Of a stretch of 64,000 nucleotides of DNA, positions 23,501 through 37,927 are shown in pieces. A program made the translations under genes and the position numbers. The stretch covers positions 8,618,001 to 8,682,000 of the forward strand of contig JBHGNT010000012.1 in the NCBI GenBank assembly GCA_043228905.1, in the 5' to 3' direction. Below the pieces are notes generated by a model that saw only the letters and a list, made by a program, of their open reading frames with translations, searched no databases and was not told where the DNA came from. Source of the stretch: Azolla caroliniana (taxonomy: Eukaryota; Plantae; Polypodiophyta). How positions within the stretch are numbered: position 1 is the stretch's first letter; every line of letters begins with the position of its first letter.

Positions 23501-25739
23501 TGATGACCAAAAATTTTCTTTGAAATTATGGACCAATAATAGATCTTGGTTGTGTATTTTGAGTGTTACTTGTGTGTGCTTAGCTTGACGTTTAATCCTA
23601 TGTACTAAGCAATAATGATTGGCAATCAATTCTTGAGTTTGGGAATCCTTAAGCGAGAATTATTTCAGTAATCGGATTTAGTAATCAAAATTGAAGTTTA
23701 AGGATGATGATTGCTTACAATCTAACTTGATTAGATGTCAAATGTCCCTACCAAAAACAATTGTGCGTTTTGTCTAATGAAAAAGTTTAGATTCATGTTG
23801 CTTATTAAAAGTAAATTGAACTTGGAACGTAGAACATTTCTAGTTTACTTTGTCATGTTGTTTGTTCATGTGAGTTTTCTATTTACATTAGTTGTAGGTA
23901 AATCAATCTGATGTCAATGTTCCACACCAATTGTATTAATGTAAAAGAAATATTTCTTTTTCACAACATCAAAATGTGGTGAAGACAAAATGATATTGAG
24001 TCTACAATTTTTTATTTCATGAAAAGAGTGCAGACTTGGTTGATAAATTTTCACCTTTGAACCAAACTTTCCACAACGCTACATCATTGCAATATTGTTA
24101 TTACTTTACCCTCACATAACTAGACTTTGTGATAATTGTGTTTAATAGAAATTTTCACATTATGAGGTTTTGCAGAGAGAAAGAGATCAATGTTTTATTT
24201 AAAGGAGGAGAGCTATTTGGTATTGCATTAAGAACTTTGAAAACAATACATGATTGTATTTGCTCCTCTTGGCAATAGAAGAGTGAGGAGCATACATGGG
24301 TTAGGATTGAATTGTGTGTAGAGACTCTAAAAGATTAAGAAGATATTTGCACCACTTGTGACCCAACCAATCACAAACCTTGCCACATACATTTCATATA
24401 GCCCCCATGTCTCCAAGTAAACTATGTCCCTGCTAGCTTGAGTGAAGATAACCATGTATTGATAACTAATTACAAAATCCACTTTGCACATTGTAAGGCT
24501 TCATCTTTACGTCCCCTGTCAACAAAAGAGAAAGTAATGTTCACATCACCAAACAAAGTGTACTAGCCCTTTACCAAACATTTGCTTTTCATTTATCTGT
24601 TTGCATTCAAAACCTATATTTCACATTGTGCATAGGTTAACCTTATCTCCAACAACACTAGCTAGAGAATATGAATCAAGAATCAACAATTGTAAGACTA
24701 GGCAAACTTAACTTTGACTTCTTCTAGCTACATCACCATATAATCAATTCCAACAACTTGTATGGGAGCAGAGATACGACCCAATACGATGTTCTCCAGG
24801 CTAGTCTCTCAATTGAAGGAGATGAATCAAAGAATTGTCAATCTATTACAGTAGTTTCAAACATAAGGCCACACCACTTACATGTTCAAGAAAACTAAAT
24901 TTACCAAAAAGTAAAAAATCTTCACTTTAATTTGTTGAAGTGATTTATGCACATAAAAATCGATATTTGACGGCTTTCACTCTAAAAGATCCCATTGTGT
25001 GGAGCTAGGTACGTACTATCCAATTCAAGAATTCTAAAGTTGATCTTTGAGCAAAAATGCACTAAACTCGTTTGCTTTTTCTCCAACACAGTATTCTTGA
25101 ACTTCAAACCAATATTTGACTATATACATTGTGATCATGAAAATGATACCACTGTCGTATAATCAATCACAAATTAAAGCGTGAACTTAAAAAACATGCA
25201 AATGCGAATCAAACAAAGCTCACAAATTTCGATATGTTGTGGAACAATGTGATCGATTCAAATGATGCAAGACAAGTGTCAGGCTGATTGCTAATTATGA
25301 CATAATCACACCTACTTTGTTTGTTGCTCGGTGCAATGAGGTTGAAGCATGAAAGGCTAAAGTAAAAAGCCATAACTAGTAAGCATTTTTTTACGTGTGA
25401 GGTAATTGGACATAGAAAACCCACTATACTCTTAAGATTATACTCATAAACCTTGTACAACGGCGCATGCGCGCGCGCACACACACACCAATGATGATTA
25501 TAGACATACGCTATCATGCATGGGGATACTTGATGCTTTAGGATTAAGATTACACACACAAAGGCACGTATGCGAAACTTACTAGTGTGTTGTGCCCATA
25601 CATGCACTCCACATTCGCAATCGTTGGGGATTTCCACATTCATATTGCCATTCTTTATCACTGGTATGCGCCACATGATGAACTGGAGGGGACCGAAACT
25701 CTCATATAGACGCACCCCGCCCCACCAAGCACGAGCCGA

Positions 25740-25750
25740 CTATGTGTGAA

Positions 25751-25799
<49 letters not shown>

Positions 25800-26422
25800 A
25801 CATGCAGGAGGCAAGTTATGTATGTATAGACAAGGAGAGACACCCCCCCACCCCCCCCCCCACCCCCCGCCCACCAACACAATGGATGGATGGATGGATG
25901 GATATGGACTCCCCCCCCATTATGATGATATTTGGCGTATGATGAGGCAAGGAACACTACATACTTTTTTGGCCAGCCACACTTACAAAGTTCAGCCAGC
26001 CATGAGATGGAGACATGATGTATGTAGGCATGTATGTATGTATCATGTATGTATGTATGTATGTATGTCGGCATGCACATATATGTATGTATGCATGTAT
26101 TTCATTCAATTTCAATGCATAATGTAGCATTTATGTATTATGGATCAGTGTGTATGTATGCATTCAATTCAGCATGTACATAGATAGATACATATGTATG
26201 TATGTATGTATGTATGTATAGCATGTATGTAAAGCATGTATTGTATGGTATGCACATACATATGTATTGAGAAGTGGAATTGGCGGAATGTCTGTTTCTC
26301 TCTGTTTCTTTCTTTATCTGTGTGTGTGTGTGTGTGTGTGTGTGTGATCTCTCTCTCTCTCTCTTCTCTCTCTGTGTGTTAGGTGGTGGTGGTGCCTGCC
26401 TGCTTCCTCGTCTCCATTAAAT

Positions 26423-26474
<52 letters not shown>

Positions 26475-26625
26475 CTGTGTGTCCTTCCCTTCCATATATG
26501 TATATATATATATCTTCCAAATCTTCCAATCCCTTCGTCAGTCCTTACACTCCTCTCTCTTTCTCTGCTCAGATCCGCCATTCGCCATTCGCCATTCGCC
26601 ATCTCCTCTCAGGTAATGTATGTAC

Positions 26626-26671
<46 letters not shown>

Positions 26672-26680
26672 CTCTCTCTG
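25740..26680. repeat. Microsatellite island ((GA)n, (TATG)n, (TG)n, (CT)n, (CGCCATT)n) around the promoter/5' UTR of the downstream gene
   Basis: Simple repeats visible directly. Confidence 0.9.
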
Positions 26681-27970
26681 TGTCTGCCGTTCCTCTCAAT
26701 CTCGCCGTTATTAGTTTGTTTTGGTTTTTCTCAGATTCAGACTTTGGTAATTCAAGTCGTTCTTCGGTTTAATGTGGGTTGTTCTCTTTCCCAATTCTTC
26801 CTCCGTTGCTTCTGCCTATCCACAGCTTTTCCACACTCCCTCTCCCAGCAACTCATTCATTTCCTGTTGTTGATTACTGTTGCGCCATTTCCTTCGTCTT
26901 TCATCTCGTGGCCAACTGTAGGTTCAACTAGCTTGCTTTTTGATAAACTCAGCTGTTACTGCATTAGTCCATCTATCAAATCTCATGGCCTTAAATGCTT
27001 TAGGAAACTTAAATGCATTCCGTCCATGTAAGATGGTTTCATCCTCGTTGTAGTGTTTTTCGAATCTGCATTTGTTTCTAATTAGTTCTTTGTCCCCCCC
27101 CCCCCCCCCCCCGTAAATTTGATGGTTCCTTTACTTTCATGTATCTCTCCATGAAAGCTTGGATCTAGACTGTAAGAAGATTTGAGCACCTGCATCAGGC
27201 TGGCATACATTTATTTTACAATGGCCACGAAGCACTCTTTGAACTGTTTTAGACTAAGTTTCGCACCTCTATTACATTCATGCACAGAAAGATGGATAGT
27301 AAACGACTTTCAATTCTGCTTGAAGACAGTAGAAGACTTAAAGTAAAAGGTCCGCTGTCTAGGAAATCGTTCAATTAAGCCAAGAAAGAAGAAAGATAGT
27401 AAAAGACTGTTAATTATGGAAAGCACGAAGCCAGTCCAGGAGATAAGACTTCTAAAGTCATGCAAGGAAATAGTCTAGGTAATGATTTAAATTTATTCAA
27501 AGGAAGAGTCCAAGAAGGAATCTAAAGTACTTCTAATGCGTAGAAAGTAAATGAGCTCGTCAAAATCTCTTCAATTATGCAGAACGAAATTGACCTAGTA
27601 TAATAATTCTGTTTTGTGCAAAATGAAATGTGCTCGTAAAAGACATAAATTTATGCAGAAAGAAAGGAGCTGGTATTATAATTACTTCTCAAGAGCCAGT
27701 AAACTAGTTCATTTATGTAAAAAAAGAAAATAGTGATATACTTGCTTCATGTTAGGCAAAGAAATTATTTAGTTAAAAAACTTCATTTATGCGAAGAAAG
27801 AAGTTAGTGTAATGCTTGCTTCATTTATGCAAAGAAATGATCTTGTAAAGGACTTTATTTCTGCAAATAAGTAACAATTCGTTAAGTCTTACCGCCACCA
27901 CCTTTCAATACAACCTATGGTATAGTTTTATTGATATATTTTTTTCCTCCTTTCATTGCGGTTGAAACAG
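26613..27970 (+). other. Probable 5' UTR intron of the acyltransferase-like gene
   Basis: CAG|GTAATG donor at 26613; polypyrimidine tract and AAACAG acceptor at 27970, 16 nt before the ATG. Confidence 0.6.
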
Positions 27971-27986
27971 TTCAATACTAGTAGCT

Positions 27987-30639
27987 ATGGATCCTACCCT
28001 TTCATCCTTCACCAGAAACCTTGGCTCAGTTGAAGAAAACTGGACTCGAAGTACTTCAGGAGGCACTGGTATAGCTGTATTCGGAGCCCTTCTCAATCGA
28101 TTGATCGATGGAAAGCACATTATTTCATCAGTCGAGAATCTTCTTGATTCTCATCCTTTGCTACGATCTCAGATTGTTGAAAATGCAAAGTCTAAGCTTT
28201 CTATGCAAGTCTCTGATTCCTATTCTGCATCGGCTTCTTATGTTTCAGAGAGGACATGGCCTTCTGTCTCCGGCGAAGGTCATGTAGGAATTGTTGTATT
28301 TCCGAAAGACCACAGTGATAAACAAGGTAGTCTTGCTTTGGATAAGGTCATTAATGAGGAAATGAATTTGAATTTCTTGAATGCTGATGGGAAACCTGCT
28401 CCTCCCGTCTGTGTCTTCCATGTTATTTTTTATCCTAATAATGCGAGAAGTCAGACCATAGTTGCTCTTAAATTCCATAGTGGAGTTCTTGATCGACATT
28501 CTTCTTCGGTGATTGCACAAGAGTTTTTGTCTACTTTGAGTAGCACCGTGGAAGGAACACTTTCGAGTTCGAAGAAAGAAGGTACTAAGGAGGATTCTAT
28601 TTTATCTCCTCTGGAAGATTTTGTACCCAAAGGAAAAGCTTCCAAAGGATTTCTACAGAAAGGTATTGATGCCGTTGGGTATGCTGTGAATGCAAAGAAA
28701 TATTCTTTGCTTCCGTTTCAACCTAGTTTCTCTGCTTCCAACAAAGCCTCTTTTGAATCCAACGTTGTAAGCCTCAACCTTGGTAAAAATGGTGAGTAAT
28801 TGATTGATTCCTAGATATTAACTTCACATAAAACATCAACATGATTAACCAGTTATACATTGCAAAGAACATACGGTTGCATCTTCAAATAAGTTTATGC
28901 ATTGTTTCTTGATACATTAGCAAATAGTCTTTCAATACTACCACACTCAATATGCTAGATTAATATCCTCGCAAGGCTAATTTGTTCATATATGCTTAAA
29001 TCAAAAGATTGTTCAAGTTTGATGGTATGCTAACATCTTTGTCTTCAAAAGAGACATAATTTGGTTATGTTTATATGTACATGAACATTCTATTGTCAAG
29101 GAACTAAAAGGAAGTTTGCCTTGTGTCTGGAAACACACAGCTACTACTTCTCTTTTTGATGCTTGCAAAGAACATGGCGTTATACCTGCAGCAGCTCTGT
29201 CCGCAGCCTTCTTAAGAACCGTTGCTTCCTTGAAGGAACTCAAAGAGAAGAAGCAAGATGAGTTCTCATACACATGGTATGCTCATTGTCTACATACAAT
29301 ATGTACATTGTTAATGCTGCATTATATTAAAGGTTTCGAGAGTTTTTCCTTTTAGTGTTGACCTTTTGAAGGATTTGAGAGTTTCTTTGTTTTAATGTTT
29401 TTGTTTTCTTTCGCCTTTATACTGTAATGCTTGGATTTGACATCCATAGTTATGTTGAGATAAATTTAGAGTACTTATCAATATTTGAGTTCTCTTTGGC
29501 TTCCAAGTTTAGTGTCTGGTTTCTTTTATTCCCAAACTAGAGAAACAACTTTGAAATGATATGTATACTTGCTTTATGAAAATTTGTTTTTGTTTCTGGG
29601 CAGTGTTATTGACTGCAGGAGCGAATTAGAGCCCAAGCTAGGTGAGTCTGTGTTAGGGAACTATTCCTTGGGAATCCCTCAGAATGAGAAAGTGAAGGAT
29701 GGGGTTGCCTTCTGGGAATTTGCTCGTAACATCAATTCATCGATTCAAAAAGATATTGCTAAATCCAAACAGTTCTCTGAAATGTCGGTCCTTTCAATGC
29801 TTTTCTCTCAGGTATTGCTTACTCAATAATGCTGTATGCATATTTGTTAATTGTGACGCGTTTGTTTGTGTTGTTTAATGCAAATTTTCTGCTTAAAATA
29901 AGCACCATTAAATCTCTAGCTTGGATTATTCGAAAATGCATCAAATATTTTGAGATATCTGCGAATAAATCCTGTTTCAAATATTAAAAAACCCCCTACT
30001 TTTAAATATTGAGATATCTTTTCATTAAAGCCTTTGCATATTGAGATATGTATGTATAATTAAGAAAAACCCCAGACCTTCAAATACTGAGATATGTTGT
30101 CATTAAAGCTTTCAAATATTGAGATATTGTCAATGGAAAGCCGACAAATATCAAAGTTAATAGAAACAAACACTTAAATATTCGCCTATATATATCTATC
30201 TTTATATAGAGAAATAGGTCACAATATTGTGAATACTGACTGACCCAAAGAAAATATTAATTGGTGTCATTAATTTGATTATATTTCGTTCTGAAAATAA
30301 AAGGAAATTGCAATGATGTGATTTGGGCAGGTGATGAAACATCCGTCATTGACACCATCCTCATCAATGAGGACGACATTATTCACATTGTTTGTGGATC
30401 CACCAATGGAAGCTAAATGGAAGGGAGTGGAAAATCTAGATTTGGTTGGAACAGTGGGTCCTTTCTCTTCCATGCATTTTGTGGGCCCTTGCTTTTGCTT
30501 GGGTGAGACAGTGTATGAAGGCCCAGAGTTTGTTCTGTCTTTCATTTACCCATCTCCCCTCTACTCCAGGGAGCAGATTTTAGACGTCCTTAAACACTCT
30601 GCTGACCTCCTTGCTGCAGAATCAGCTATCAGAAACTAA
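27987..30639 (+). CDS. CoA-dependent acyltransferase/condensation-fold protein (At3g52610-like family), 485 aa; exons 27987-28791, 29141-29276, 29604-29811, 30331-30639
   Basis: GT-AG introns with consistent phases (1458 nt in total); RNLGSVEENW..GGTG, HPLLRS, FHSGVLDRHSS (HxxxxD), VIDCR, FWEFAR, LSFIYPSPLYSRE. Confidence 0.85.
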
Positions 30640-33600
30640 GAAACCCAGAGAAGAAGAAAGACTTGCTTTTTCCTGCTCTTTTTGTTTTGTTTTAGAGAGA
30701 CATCATCATCTTCATGGTTATGAAATGAGACAAATAAGTAGTAAATGAGACAAGGAAGAAAATCAATCATCAGAGAAAAGCTGTATCGTATGTATAATCT
30801 CCAGTATCTTGCTCTTTTCTGTTTCCATTTCTAGAGCCAAAAGAAAGACTTCACGATACAAAAAATCTCAATATACAAGTTGCTTTTGATTTGGGAGCGA
30901 CATCCATCTTCTTCTGGTTTAGATCAATGAGACCAAAAAAAATTGAGGATAAGGGTGGGTCAGTATACAAATGGGTTTGTTTCTTTGTTTTTCCATATGT
31001 AATAAACATGACAGGAAATTGTGGGTCACACTCAATCATACAAATTATGCATCCTGTGGTACTAGCTTTTTCATATAAGTTCTTGTCGATCTGTTCATTT
31101 ACTTTCATCATATAAAACGATTCCTTTTTTACGTTGTATCTACTTTTGCTTTTTATAAGATGGATTACAAAAAGTGTGATGCAACAAGAGTGAGAAGCTT
31201 CCATGGTAAAATCAATCTACTTCTGTTTTTTTTGAGGTGTGATGGGGAATACCATGAACCATGTGTAAAGAAAAAAACTATTTTGATACATTCAATGCAT
31301 TCATTATTGGTGGTTTTTAATGCATTCATTCTTGACGTTTCTTCTCGATATGATGACCCTGGCGATTAAATGAAATTGAAATAACTCCAAACAAGCATTT
31401 GTGTCTGTCTATATATGGGTAATTAGTGTCAAATTTCAATTGGGGAACTAAACCCTAAGTGAGTAGTAGAAATTTGCCCATAGATGACACATTTACATTT
31501 GATGTAGTGCTAATACTTGGGTAACTGAAACTCAAGTGACTATAAATTTTCCACATTCACATCCAAAGTGAATAAACATCTGAGCCAAAATTCAATGAAA
31601 GAAATATAGAAAATATGAGTGTGAAATTGTAGAAAGAAATTAATGCACATTTTCATGTAACTGTTATTTAGACATTGGAAGAACAATATAACAAAATGTA
31701 ATCAATGGATGAAATAGTTGTACTAAATGACCTCCGAACTTTATATTAAATGGGAATGAAGGCAGAGTTGGCCCACCTGCATTATTGATTGGAAACCAAT
31801 GAATTGCGTGATATTCACCCCAAAAGTCATATTCATACGCAGAGTCAAAGTCAGAATATATTTATGTGTATAGTTCATGAGAGCTCACCATGACGGTTCA
31901 CATTGAAGCTGATCAAAGAACTTTGATCTAGGATATGGCAAGGACGATGTTGTTCTTAACTTAATAATATTGACAAAAGGTTGAGTTAAAAATAGCTCCC
32001 AATCTTAAAACTTTACCTCCATAACATGTCATGCAAATGTTACAAAGATTCCACAATGAATGTACATCGTTTTTTCTTTTAGCATGGCAATATTACGTGC
32101 ATATACATAATTGATCATGAGACAATTTTTCCTTATGTTATGATGAGCATGTCAATACCTTTGTTCTTTTTGGATTACAACCTGCAATATGAGATAACTA
32201 TTACGTGTGTTATCACTTGACTACTTCACGTGATGTAGTCAAGTGTGTGATATGAACACATGAGGGTCTGAGCATTCTGCCTATATAAGAAGTCTAGCTA
32301 CCTTCTTATTAGTGGGAGGGTTTGAATTATGTCAAGACTATGTCGGTGTGGCTATAACTCTTGTTAGGTAAGCACGTATGATCCTTTCATAACCCAAGGT
32401 ATGACCCGTATAAACACTCGATGGGAACGAACATCAAGGAGTTTGGGGTTTAAGGTAGAGCTTTTCTCTCTTCCTTTCTCACTTTACATGAGATTATCTC
32501 TAAGTACTCATTTGATTCCGAACACTAATATCTTTGTATGTGTTATGTGTTGTCCCTCAACTAATTGAAGGGTAATTAACTTGTTATGTGTACTCTTACA
32601 TTTATCAATTAGCTTCTTGGTTAAGAGAACCATTTGAGAGAGGAGAGGAAGAGTTTGCAAATAATGGTATACGAGTGCCAATAGCTCGTGAGTGTGTGAT
32701 GAGCTCTTGCACTTGTTTTGCAAATGAAAGGTTATGGTGATCTGCCACGACATGCGATGTTAGCAAGGAGAGATCTCTAACTGAAATGGGATGTGTACTC
32801 GGTACGACACACTAGTTATGTTCCTAACTTCCTAATGAGTTGGTTGAATTAGGAGTTTGTAATATCACCACAATGCAAGATTTATTTTGACAAACTCCTT
32901 TTCAAAGGAAAGTGTTCAACATAAAGGGCAAAATTTTAATGGTTTTAAGACTCAAGAGTATCTTAAGAATTGGCTCTCAGTAATAGTAACGCTTTGTTGG
33001 TTTGCATCCAAGGTACGATCTTAGACAATATTCAGTTGTATGGGATGCCAGTGGTGTTTAAGGTTGGTCTCAATTCCTCTGCTTGGAGGTGGTTGGGAGG
33101 AAAATTGCCCTTAATCGATTTCTTTCCTTAATTATATATTTATTTTTTTCATCATGAGTTCGATGTTAACAAAAAGGATGAGGAAATTCTAGTTCTTGTA
33201 GTTAAGCCAATACAATGCTATTTTTACTTGACATTCGCATCTTTGCCAATGATAGAATCGGGGTCATTTACATGATATATTGATGATGGCCTAGAAATTG
33301 TGTTCCATAGACCTACTTCAATTTAGTTGTCTATTTTATTCAAGAGAATTTGTGTGAAATGATTTGCCAATTGTGGCTTACATTTTGTCAATTATTCCAA
33401 ACTTAAAGATCCCATCATAGACCTCTATACTTTGAGTAATATTTTTTTCGATAAATGTTGATGCAAATGTCTTCTCAAAAGTCATAAACTATTTTTGTGC
33501 TAAAGTAACATTTAGTGAACCATGTGGTACTCGATTTTTACAATCAAGATGTTTGTTTTTGGAAAAATAAAAATAAAACATCAAGATGTTTGATACTTGA

Positions 33601-34216
33601 TCAGATGTAGTGAAAGTCGATGGTTGTGCTCTTTCTACATGTCTTAGCTTTTGACCATTAAGACGTTGCACTTGCAGTTAAGAAGTTATGACTGCCGTAA
33701 TGCTCATGTATAGAAGTAGTGAGAGTAAGAAAATAGTCGTAAACCTCGTCACTCTAGATCAGCAACATAAAAGATATTAAGCTCTACTTGTGAGTCGTAC
33801 CTAATACAAGCTAAATTATGAAATGGTGGTTTTTAAGGTCTTTCTAAAACTATGCACATCAAGTACTCTAAAAATAACAAAAGGATTTTCGTTTAAGTTC
33901 CTAGAGTAGTATACCTTTTAATGTGCTGTATTTATGGAAAGACAAGATTTTATCAATTCAAAATCAAATTACAAGGTACCGAAAAGCATACATTCCAAGA
34001 AGGGATGATGTGTCATGTTATCCATGCATGCATATATGCATGCATGCTAGTGGCTTTTGTGGAAGAGGGCGTGGGGTTTAGAGTTAAAATGTATAAAAGA
34101 AAAATTCAATATACTTTTAACACCTCTCTCTGGATGAGAAAGTAGTACGAAGTTTTGGATCACCCTTCTCTCGTGGTCTTTACCATCAAACACATACAAC
34201 AAAACAGGTCCAACTA

Positions 34217-37003
34217 ATGGGCACTTCAATGGCGTACTCTCTTTTGTTGTTGTTGTGGTTGTTGTTCTTCAACTCTTATTCATGTACCAACGTGGAATTG
34301 CAAGAAGAGCAAGGTGGAGGAGGTGAAGAAGAGAAGGTTGTTATTGGGCCCCTATCAAAGCCAAAGGAAGAGGTTGGGTTTGAAGGTGGGGTGGTGAGGG
34401 TATGGTGGAGGGATGAATGTGTGGGTGCAAATGTAGAGAAACAAAGACCATGCATGATGGTGGAAGTGTCAGAAACCATCTTAGAGGAAGATGGCCTCAT
34501 GCTACCCCAATACTCAGATTCTAATGCTATCTCCTATGTCTTACAAGGTAACGCTACATGTAGATCCATTTTATTGAAAAATACCAATTTGCTCCTTTTT
34601 TAAAAGTTTTCATTGTTTCTTGTTGGTGCCCTTTAAAGAGAAATTATATGGTTGGATTCAATCCATTCCTCTTTGTGGACCCAATACTCCGTTTTTTAAA
34701 GTTCTCATTATTTCTTGTTGATGCCCTTTTAAAGAGAAATTATATGGTTGGATTCAATCCATTCCTCTTTGTGGACCCAATACTCCGTTTTTTAAAGTTC
34801 TCATTATTTCTTGTTGATGCCCTTTTAAAGAGAAATTAAATGGTTGGATTCAATCCATTCCTCTTTGTGGACCTTTTTTAATTGGGTGGAATAAGGAAAA
34901 GTGTAGAGGCATTTGGGGAATTATGGAAAAACCTTGTGGTTTTGGTCAAACCATTAGGTTGACTCCTCATATGTTATGAATTATGAGTCTTATCGTCACT
35001 CACATGTATTTTGGTCACATGATGTAATTTGTTTGGGTAGGGAGAGGCAAAGTTGTTACATGTATTGATCACATGATGTAATCTATTTGAGTAGGGAGTG
35101 GGAAAGTTGGTATTGTAAATCCGGGATCAGATCGCATGTTGATAAGGCGAGTGGAGAGGGGTGATGTTATTGTGATACCTAAAGGAGTGGTTTTTTGGTG
35201 GTACAACGATGGATTTGGTAGACATCGGATCTTCTCAGCGTCGGATACCGCACGAGCAATGTCACCCGGAATTTATCAGGCAATTAATAAGTCGTTCCTA
35301 ATTCTTGAAGCTAGTAAAGATTAATTATAATTCAATAAGTTGAATTCTCAATTGTGCACACACATTTATCATACAATGGTATACAATTCCAACTAAGATC
35401 TTTATTGAAAAATCTACATAGAACCTTTATGCAACTATGCATGTAATGAATAACTCAATTGTGCAAACATTTATCATACAATGGCATACAATTCCTACCA
35501 AGATCTTTATTCCAAAAACTTCAAGAATATTGATCAACTATGCATGTAAAGAATAAGATAAACCTTCAAATTAACATATAGGAATCTCATAATAAATTGC
35601 CTTCTCTAATTAAATTTTATGTTAGCTTAAATAAATGTATAGTGAAAGCTTGGTTTTTGCGTACATTCTACATTTAGAAGTGTGTTTTGGGTTCTTTGTA
35701 TGATGCTATAATCTGGTCCTAGGAGCATTTCTCACTGGTTTGGGTTCTTGTTACATCCTTAGCAATTTGCACTAGTTGGAGCAAGGGTGGATCGTTTTGG
35801 GGGGATTCTACATGGCTTCCCTAATGACACCCTAGCCGCTGCATGGGGTGTTGATGAAGGAACAATATCCTTGTTGAAGTCTAGCCAGAATGGAACCGCT
35901 ATAATCAAGTCCCCAAAAAGGATCATTTTCCCCGAGTTGAGAATTCCGCGGTATTAACTTCTCTTGGTCATGTTTTTTAGAGTTTTACAATAATGGAAGG
36001 CATATTTATATAGCAGGTCAACTATAAGTTTTTGCATATAATTCGTCCCACAAATATAATTCATAGGATCTTTCTTTTTTGACTTACAAGGGGCACATAG
36101 TCGAAAGTGTTACAGGAAAGTGTTACATTTCACTTATTAAGATGGCTTTTTTCTTGGTTCAATATAGAATGGAACGTAACTTTTTCTCGAATGGAGAGGA
36201 AGACAATGATATTTTGTCAGAGTTAAGATACAACTTAGACAAGGAGTACCCTGATTTTTATGTTGAACATGGAGGTTGGATGAAGTTAGTAAATCAGGAT
36301 GAGCTACGTGCAATCGAGCAAGTCAAAATGAGTGTAATGAAGATTGTCTTGGAAAAGGTGAGCAGTTCATATACTTGATTTTGAGATGACGATTCTTTAT
36401 TGATTGTGGCATTCCTCCCATCTTCATCTTTGTTTGTTCATTTTGAATCACTATAACACTTAATGTAGAATGCTACGGAGGGTCCATCATTCTTCACAGA
36501 TGCTCACCAGATGGTATATGTGATTGATGGTCGTGGCAAAGTTGAGGTTGCAACTTCTGGAGACAACAACAACGAGAGCTTTGTGAGCTTCGATGTGCAA
36601 GAGGGTTCGGTTTTCATAATCCCAAGGTTTTATCCCTCTATAAAGCTGGCAAGTGATGAGGGGTTCTCCTTCATCTCTTTCTTGACATCCTCGAGGTAAA
36701 AATTTGAGATTTTTATACTCTTAGCCATCATTGCACATGCACATTCTCCTTATAGAAAAACCTTGTTTTTCTATTTGGGTTTAGGATAGCCCTATGTTTT
36801 TCTCAAGGATTTTCAAACTTTTATTTTTTGTAATTTTTTGTAGACCATCCTCCCAAACTCTAGTTGGAAGTGACACTTTCTTTCAAAAGATTCCCAAGGA
36901 AGTCCTAATTGAATCTTTTTGTATTACGGAGGATGCTCTTTCAAAAATAGCGCGAGCACGACACCAACATGGATCCATCTTTCCGCCTTCTCCAACATCA
37001 TAG
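34217..37003 (+). CDS. 11S globulin/legumin-like bicupin with signal peptide, 426 aa; exons 34217-34547, 35095-35279, 35763-35950, 36168-36357, 36469-36695, 36844-37003
   Basis: Hydrophobic N-terminus; GLMLPQYSDSNAISYVLQGSG, GDVIVIPKGVVFWWYNDG, GILHGF...LAAAWGVDE, DAHQMVYVIDGRGKVEV, EGSVFIIPRFY; phases consistent (1281 nt); intron 2 is GC-AG. Confidence 0.88.
34592..34873. repeat. 96-bp tandem repeat (~3 copies) in intron 1 of the cupin gene
   Basis: ATGGTTGGATTCAATCC recurs at 34648, 34744 and 34840. Confidence 0.9.
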
Positions 37004-37596
37004 AACAAGGGAGGATAAACTTACAACAAAAGTCTTATTTCTATAGAGTGCTTCTTTATAGAGTCTTCTTGCTACTTACAACAAAAGTCTTATTTCTATA
37101 TAGAGTGCTTCTTTATACGGTCTTCTTGCTACTTCATAAAATGTGGAGATAAATATTATATGAAGTATTGTACATATCATAATGATGGATCATGTGCACA
37201 TTTTTGGCAAATGTAAATATTGTGGAAATAAATGCTCTTTGGATCATTACTTCTGAAAGCTTGTTCTTTAATAGCATTTTCTTACTTGTGTTTATATAAT
37301 CTTTTTCTTTTCTTTTAAACATAATTCCTTGTTGTTTAAAATTTTTGTAACTTGAATTGAATTGAACTGAACTACGAAACCGTTTAAATCGAACTGTTAC
37401 GTAAAAATTCAAACCGTTAAAACCACGGTTTTGGTTTTGAACTTAGGTCAAAATTTAAAATTTAAAATTTGAAATGTTAAAATTTTTTATTATTTAAATT
37501 TTTTAAAGATTATTCCTATACAAATTAGGCTTAAAAGTGAAAAGTTGTTTAAAAATAAATGTAATGAATTTTAAAAATATAATTGTTTTTACAAGG

Positions 37597-37927
37597 TGTG
37601 AAAAGAGACGGGGGGCCGAGCACAAAAAGCCAAATAAAGGGAGCCGATCGGGAAGTGTATAGAGAGAGAGTGAGTATTATATCGAGAGTCGGTATCGTTG
37701 TAACTGTATGTATTCATAATCGATTATTCTTTTTTGTGGGGTAATCCTATGTGTTTAACGAGTGATCTAAGTGTATTGTCTAGGTGTAATCGTGGGCCTG
37801 TAATTGGTTGTAGCTGATTCGATAGGATAAATGTTGCTGCATTCCTTTAGAAGTTCTACGGGTTGTCTGTATCCCCAACTGTTGAGGACGAGCCGAACTC
37901 GGGTATCCACAAAGAGAGTTACTTGTG
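37597..37927 (+). repeat. Possible degraded solo LTR
   Basis: Starts TGTG, flanked by CAAGG on both sides (37592-37596, 37928-37932), but lacks a CA end. Confidence 0.3.

Noticed and set aside
19850-25200. Decayed repeat-like region with internal duplications (e.g. 22178-22440 vs 23013-23155)
   Set aside because: Probably old transposon debris, but no termini, TSD or protein motif could be supported by eye.
25209-27031. Several 60-184-aa ORFs
   Set aside because: Products of microsatellites and UTR/intron sequence; low complexity.
32330-32892. TGTCAA...TTGACA possible solo LTR
   Set aside because: Flanks AATTA/AACTC do not form a TSD and there is no second copy in the window.
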